Source: an uncultured Nitrospiraceae bacterium (GTDB lineage Bacteria; Nitrospirota; Thermodesulfovibrionia; Thermodesulfovibrionales; Dissulfurispiraceae). From it: DNA of 64,000 bases. The notes below the pieces were generated by a model, which had not been told where the DNA came from, searched no databases, and worked only from the letters and a program-made list of their open reading frames with translations. A program made the position numbers and the translations under genes. Of the stretch, positions 59,626 through 64,000 are shown in pieces; the first letter of the stretch is position 1, and the number at the start of each line of letters is the position of its first letter. Location: assembly GCA_963705105.1 (NCBI GenBank), contig CAVPIW010000009.1, positions 128,001-192,000 on the forward strand. The letters are read 5' to 3'.

Positions 59626-62367
59626 ATGACGCAGGGCGAACAGGGAGCGGAACGGAAGAGGCTCGCTGAATCGTCGGACAGGGAGGTGCCCTGGAAGATG
59701 TGGGGCCCCTATCTGAGCGAGCGCCAGTGGGGAACGGTCAGGGAAGATTACAGCGACAACGGTGACGCCTGGAATTACTTCACCCATGACCAGGCGCGGT
59801 CCCGTGCCTACCGCTGGGGAGAGGACGGCATCGCCGGCATCTCCGACGACAAACAGCAGCTCTGCTTCGCCCTCACCCTCTGGAACGGCAGGGACCCCAT
59901 CCTGAAGGAGCGGCTTTTCGGCCTCACCAATACCGAGGGGAACCACGGCGAGGATGTGAAGGAATGCTATTTCCACCTCGACAGCACACCGACCCACTCG
60001 TACATGAAATACCTCTACAAGTATCCCCAGGCCGCCTTCCCCTATGACGACCTCGTCCGCGTCAACCGCGGCAGGACGCGCCTCCAGATGGAATACGAAC
60101 TTATCGACACGGGGGTTTTCGATGACGACCGCTACTTCGACGTCTTCATTGAATACGCGAAGGAATCGCCCGAAAACATCCTCATCCGTATCACCGCCGT
60201 CAACAGGGGACCCGACCCGGCGGCACTGCGCCTGCTTCCCACGCTCTGGTTCCGGAACACCTGGCACCGCACACCCTATGCCGAACCGCCCGTCCTGACC
60301 GGTCTCAGGGGGATCAGGGGAGGCCAGGCGGTCTCGGCTCGACACCCCCGCCTGGGAGAGCGGTTTTTCTACTGCGAGGTGGCGGATTCGCTGCTCTTCA
60401 CGGACAACGAGACGAACAACGCCCGCCTCTTCGGGACACTCAACACTTCGCAATATGTCAAGGACGGGATCAACGACTTCATCATCAGAGGGAATGAAAA
60501 AACGGTCAACCCCGACAAGACGGGCACGAAATCATCGGCCCTGTACCTCCGTGAAATCGCTGCCGGTGAAAAGTTGGTAGTGCGCCTTCGCCTCAGCGAC
60601 AGGTCATATCATGAGAGAGATGAAGACCCCTTCGGCGCCGCCTTCGACGACCTGTTCCCGCTCAGGATCGCTGAGGCGGACGAGTTTTACCGGTCCCTCA
60701 CGCCTCCCTCATTGAGTGACGACGCCGCGCAGGTTATGCGGCAGGCCCTGGCGGGCATGCTCTGGACCAAGCAGTATTATTATTTCGACCTCGACATATG
60801 GCTCGAAGAGCACGACGCAAACCCCCTTGCCGGAGGCAGGCATCCGAACATCCGGAACAGGCAATGGTTCCACATGATGAACGACGACATCATCTCCATG
60901 CCCGACAAATGGGAATACCCCTGGTATGCCGCCTGGGACCTCGCCTTCCACAGCATCGCGCTCAACATCGTTGACCATGACTTCGCCCGCGAGCAGCTTG
61001 ACCTGATGCTCCGGGACCTCTACCTCCACCCGAGCGGACAGATTCCCGCCTATGAGTGGAACTTCGGCGACGTCAACCCACCCGTGCATGCCTTTGCGAC
61101 GCTCGTGAACTACTTCGTGGACAAGGAAAGGTCCGGCATCGGAGACGTCAATTTTCTCAAGAGCGCCTTTCAGAAACTGCTCATGAATTTCACATGGTGG
61201 GTGAACCGGAAAGATCCCGAGGGCAGGAACATCTTCAACGGCGGTTTCCTCGGTCTCGACAACATCGGCGTGTTCGACAGGAGCGCACCCCTGCCGACGG
61301 GCGGCCGCCTCGAGCAGGCCGACGGGACGGCATGGATGGCCATATTCTGCCAGAACATGTTCGAGATCGCCCTCGAGCTTGCCGTCCACGAACCTTTCCA
61401 TGAAGACATGGCCCTGAAATTCCTCGAGCACTTCCTCATCATCGCCGGGGCAATGGACAGGGTCGGCATTCACGGCGACGAACTCTGGGACGAGGAGGAC
61501 GGGTTCTATTACGACGTGCTCCGCATGCCCGACGGCACGGCGCACCGCATCAAGGTGCGGTCCCTGGTGGGCCTCCTGCCCCTCTGCGCAACAACAGTCG
61601 TATCGGCAGACATCGCCGAGCGGTTTCCCCGTCTCGCCGAGCGGGTCAAACATTTCATCACCAGGCACCCCGAGCTCACGGCGAACATCGCAAAGCTGGG
61701 CCGCAAAGGTGTGAAAGGCCGGCGCCTCATCGCCGTTCTCAATGAAGAAAAGCTGCGCCGTGTCCTCGCGCTCATGCTCGATGAAAACAAGTTCCTGAGC
61801 CGATACGGGATACGGTCGCTGTCACGGCATCATCTCGACAATCCCTTCACCTTTGACGTGCAAGGTCAGAGGTATGAAGTCCGGTACCTCCCGGCGGAGT
61901 CCGACACGGGCATGTTCGGCGGCAACTCCAATTGGCGCGGCCCCATCTGGTTTCCCGTGAACATCCTCATCCTCCGGGCCCTCATGCAGTTCTATTCATT
62001 TTACGGAGATGACTTCAAGGTTGAGTGTCCCACCGGGTCAGGCAGGATGATGACGCTTTTCGAAGTGACCAGGGAGATCACGACGAGGCTCGTCAGCATC
62101 TTCGTCCGCGATGAAACGGGGAGAAGGGCGGTGTACGGAGGAACAGCGAAATTCCAGACCGACCCGCACTGGCGTGATTGCATCCTCTTCTACGAGTACT
62201 TTCATGGCGACAACGGCGCAGGCCTCGGTGCGAGCCACCAGACCGGATGGACCGGTACGGTGGCTCGCCTGATCCAGATGCTCGGCTCCCTCGACGCAAA
62301 GGCGGTGCTGGAAGGCGGGTTCCGGCCCGGAACGGGGATGTTCAGACGCGACACGGAAGGGCAGTAG
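59626..62367 (+). CDS. GH63-like glucosidase
   Basis: WGPYLSERQWGTVREDYS, SMPDKWEYPWYAAWDLAFH, FGGNSNWRGPIW, EYFHGDNG.GLGASHQTGW. Confidence 0.9.
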   Translation: MTQGEQGAERKRLAESSDREVPWKMWGPYLSERQWGTVREDYSDNGDAWNYFTHDQARSRAYRWGEDGIAGISDDKQQLCFALTLWNGRDPILKERLFGLTNTEGNHGEDVKECYFHLDSTPTHSYMKYLYKYPQAAFPYDDLVRVNRGRTRLQMEYELIDTGVFDDDRYFDVFIEYAKESPENILIRITAVNRGPDPAALRLLPTLWFRNTWHRTPYAEPPVLTGLRGIRGGQAVSARHPRLGERFFYCEVADSLLFTDNETNNARLFGTLNTSQYVKDGINDFIIRGNEKTVNPDKTGTKSSALYLREIAAGEKLVVRLRLSDRSYHERDEDPFGAAFDDLFPLRIAEADEFYRSLTPPSLSDDAAQVMRQALAGMLWTKQYYYFDLDIWLEEHDANPLAGGRHPNIRNRQWFHMMNDDIISMPDKWEYPWYAAWDLAFHSIALNIVDHDFAREQLDLMLRDLYLHPSGQIPAYEWNFGDVNPPVHAFATLVNYFVDKERSGIGDVNFLKSAFQKLLMNFTWWVNRKDPEGRNIFNGGFLGLDNIGVFDRSAPLPTGGRLEQADGTAWMAIFCQNMFEIALELAVHEPFHEDMALKFLEHFLIIAGAMDRVGIHGDELWDEEDGFYYDVLRMPDGTAHRIKVRSLVGLLPLCATTVVSADIAERFPRLAERVKHFITRHPELTANIAKLGRKGVKGRRLIAVLNEEKLRRVLALMLDENKFLSRYGIRSLSRHHLDNPFTFDVQGQRYEVRYLPAESDTGMFGGNSNWRGPIWFPVNILILRALMQFYSFYGDDFKVECPTGSGRMMTLFEVTREITTRLVSIFVRDETGRRAVYGGTAKFQTDPHWRDCILFYEYFHGDNGAGLGASHQTGWTGTVARLIQMLGSLDAKAVLEGGFRPGTGMFRRDTEGQ

Positions 62368-62381
62368 ACGGCAGTCAGTGC

Positions 62382-62574
62382 GTTGCAGTGAATGAAGAGG
62401 CGGGGCGAAGCGCTCTGAAAAACAGTGTCAGTGTGAGTGTCAGTAAAAAGGCTCACTTTTTCGACCATCGGCCTGAAACGCAGTCTTTATCCCGCCAAAG
62501 GTGTCGCCGCACCAAGGTTTTCGGCGCATTCACCCCAGCCCCGCCTTTCCGGGGGCTCTGCTTCAACGATAAGG
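62382..62574 (+). repeat. MITE-like repeat, subfamily A
   Basis: Highly similar to 44720-44897; lies between convergent genes. Confidence 0.88.
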
Positions 62575-62579
62575 AGTAG

Positions 62580-63101
62580 TCAGTCCCGAATCGTCACCAT
62601 GATCCTCTCGCTCACGGGTTGTCCGTCCACGCGGAGGGAAAGACCGATGCCGTTATCGCCCTTCGGGATGAGCCCGCAGTTGATGCCCTTCTTCCCGGGC
62701 CTGACGCTTTCCTCTCCGATGGGCGCATAGCTTATGAGTTTGGCGGGGCAGATGTTCCTGGAGAGCGATTTCCCGGCCTCGATGATGTCGTTGGGTATGG
62801 TCTTGCTCTTGATGCTCTTGGGGTCGATTTTCTCGTAATAAAAGAGCCCCTTCGTCTTTCCATCATGGATGTACCGTGTCTTGTTCCAGTCGATTTCGAC
62901 GGATTTTGCGGACTTATTGGTCACGGTCAGCCGGAATCCGTCGAAGATGGTCTCATCGCTCTTCGTCGGCTCGAACTCGATGGTGTAGGACGGCTTGTCG
63001 ATCTTTCCGATTTCGGGCGAGCTCGTCCAGGTTTTCGACTTCGCATAGACGGGAATGATCGTGAGGAAGACGCACAGCGTGCAGGCCATCAACGTTCTCA
63101 T
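62580..63101 (-). CDS. Secreted hypothetical protein
   Basis: RBS aggagg, signal peptide, F.L.V.NK....EIDWNKT.Y. Confidence 0.75.
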   Translation of the reverse strand: MRTLMACTLCVFLTIIPVYAKSKTWTSSPEIGKIDKPSYTIEFEPTKSDETIFDGFRLTVTNKSAKSVEIDWNKTRYIHDGKTKGLFYYEKIDPKSIKSKTIPNDIIEAGKSLSRNICPAKLISYAPIGEESVRPGKKGINCGLIPKGDNGIGLSLRVDGQPVSERIMVTIRD

Positions 63102-63246
63102 AGATTCCTCCTTCGGACGCAACATTGTTCAGTCAATTATTCATTATAGAATAAACCTGCAAAAGAAATAGTGGCAGTGTCTGTGTCGGTGTCAATGAAG
63201 GAATCGTTTTCCTCATCGATAGGAACCTCGCTGCTTCCCCGTCCGT

Positions 63247-63305
63247 GTCATGCCCGCCTGACGGGAATCACTCTTCAGGAGAGATCCCGGACAAGCCCGT
63301 ATGGC
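63247..63305. repeat. REP-like double-hairpin palindrome (degenerate)
   Basis: gtcatgcccgcctgacgggaatc...gatcccggacaagcccgtatggc. Confidence 0.5.
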
Positions 63306-63421
63306 AGATCCCGACGTCTGTATTCATTAGACTGACGCAGACACTGCCGTTCGACTGCCTCAGCGTTGCCCCTTTCTTTACGACTGTATTATACTCATGA
63401 ACTAACTTAAAGGAGGAGTAA

Positions 63422-63907
63422 ATGGTAAAGAATCTCGTTTCTATTCTCTGTTCCGCTTTTATCGCGATTGTAATGGTCTTAACGGCTGTCCCCGTATTTG
63501 CCGAGGACAAGCCCGCCGACAACATGGACATCGTCAGGGAGAAGATACGGGCCGACAAGAAACTGCTCGTCTCGGAGGTCATGGAACTGACGGAAAAAGA
63601 GGCCGCCGCGTTCTGGCCCGTCTACGACGCCTATCAGAAGGACCTTCAGAAGATCAACGACCGGACCCTGGCACTCATCGACGTGTACGCGAAAAACTAC
63701 AAGACAATGACGGACGACATGGCGAAGAAACTCCTCGATGACATGATGAAGATCGAGGCGGACCGCCAGAACATGAGGAAAGCACATCTTCCGAAGTTCC
63801 AGAAGGCCCTCTCGGCCAAGAAGGTTGCCCGCTATTATCAGCTCGAAAACAAGATCGAAGCGGTGGTGAAATACGAACTGGCGAAGGCCATTCCGCTGAT
63901 GAAATGA
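63422..63907 (+). CDS. Periplasmic helical hypothetical protein (Spy-like)
   Basis: RBS aggagg, signal peptide, MELTEKEAAAFWPVYDAYQ, ARYYQLENKI. Confidence 0.8.
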   Translation: MVKNLVSILCSAFIAIVMVLTAVPVFAEDKPADNMDIVREKIRADKKLLVSEVMELTEKEAAAFWPVYDAYQKDLQKINDRTLALIDVYAKNYKTMTDDMAKKLLDDMMKIEADRQNMRKAHLPKFQKALSAKKVARYYQLENKIEAVVKYELAKAIPLMK

Positions 63908-63974
63908 CGACGGTCTCGCACTAGACTGCACAAGGTCGCCCTCCCCCTCGAAGGGGGAGGGTACCATCAATAGA

Positions 63975-64000
63975 CCTTATCGTTGCAACACACTCCCGGG
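63975..64000 (-). repeat. MITE-like repeat end (cut by window edge)
   Basis: ccttatcgttgcaacacactcccggg matches the conserved end of the family. Confidence 0.75.

Overview
GC-rich bacterial chromosomal window. Gene content suggests an anaerobic Nitrospirota/deltaproteobacteria-like organism, but this is inference only. Housekeeping and metabolic genes include argS, citrate synthase, aconitase, larC, tRNA-Thr(CGT), yajQ, MscS, AsmA-like and a GH63-like glucosidase. There are two MacAB-TolC-type exporters, a CpxRA/Spy-like envelope-stress locus with CpxR boxes, and several c-type cytochromes including an octaheme CxxCK nitrite reductase. A decayed defence islet (about 35.4-40.0 kb) holds three TA pairs, a broken R-M system and IS fragments. 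Signals missed by the ORF track: (1) a leaderless 61-aa Cys-rich ORF with an in-frame TGA in a CxxU position followed by a SECIS-like hairpin, a probable small selenoprotein heading the yajQ operon; (2) an unnamed ~135-aa domain shared by three otherwise unrelated secreted proteins, two of them behind sigma54-type promoters; (3) a ~180-205 bp two-subfamily MITE-like repeat present 8 times; (4) a hicAB cassette bracketed by a synonymously diverged duplicate of a host gene 3' end; (5) a TIGR02757-like gene in frame behind the yajQ TAG with no canonical start codon.
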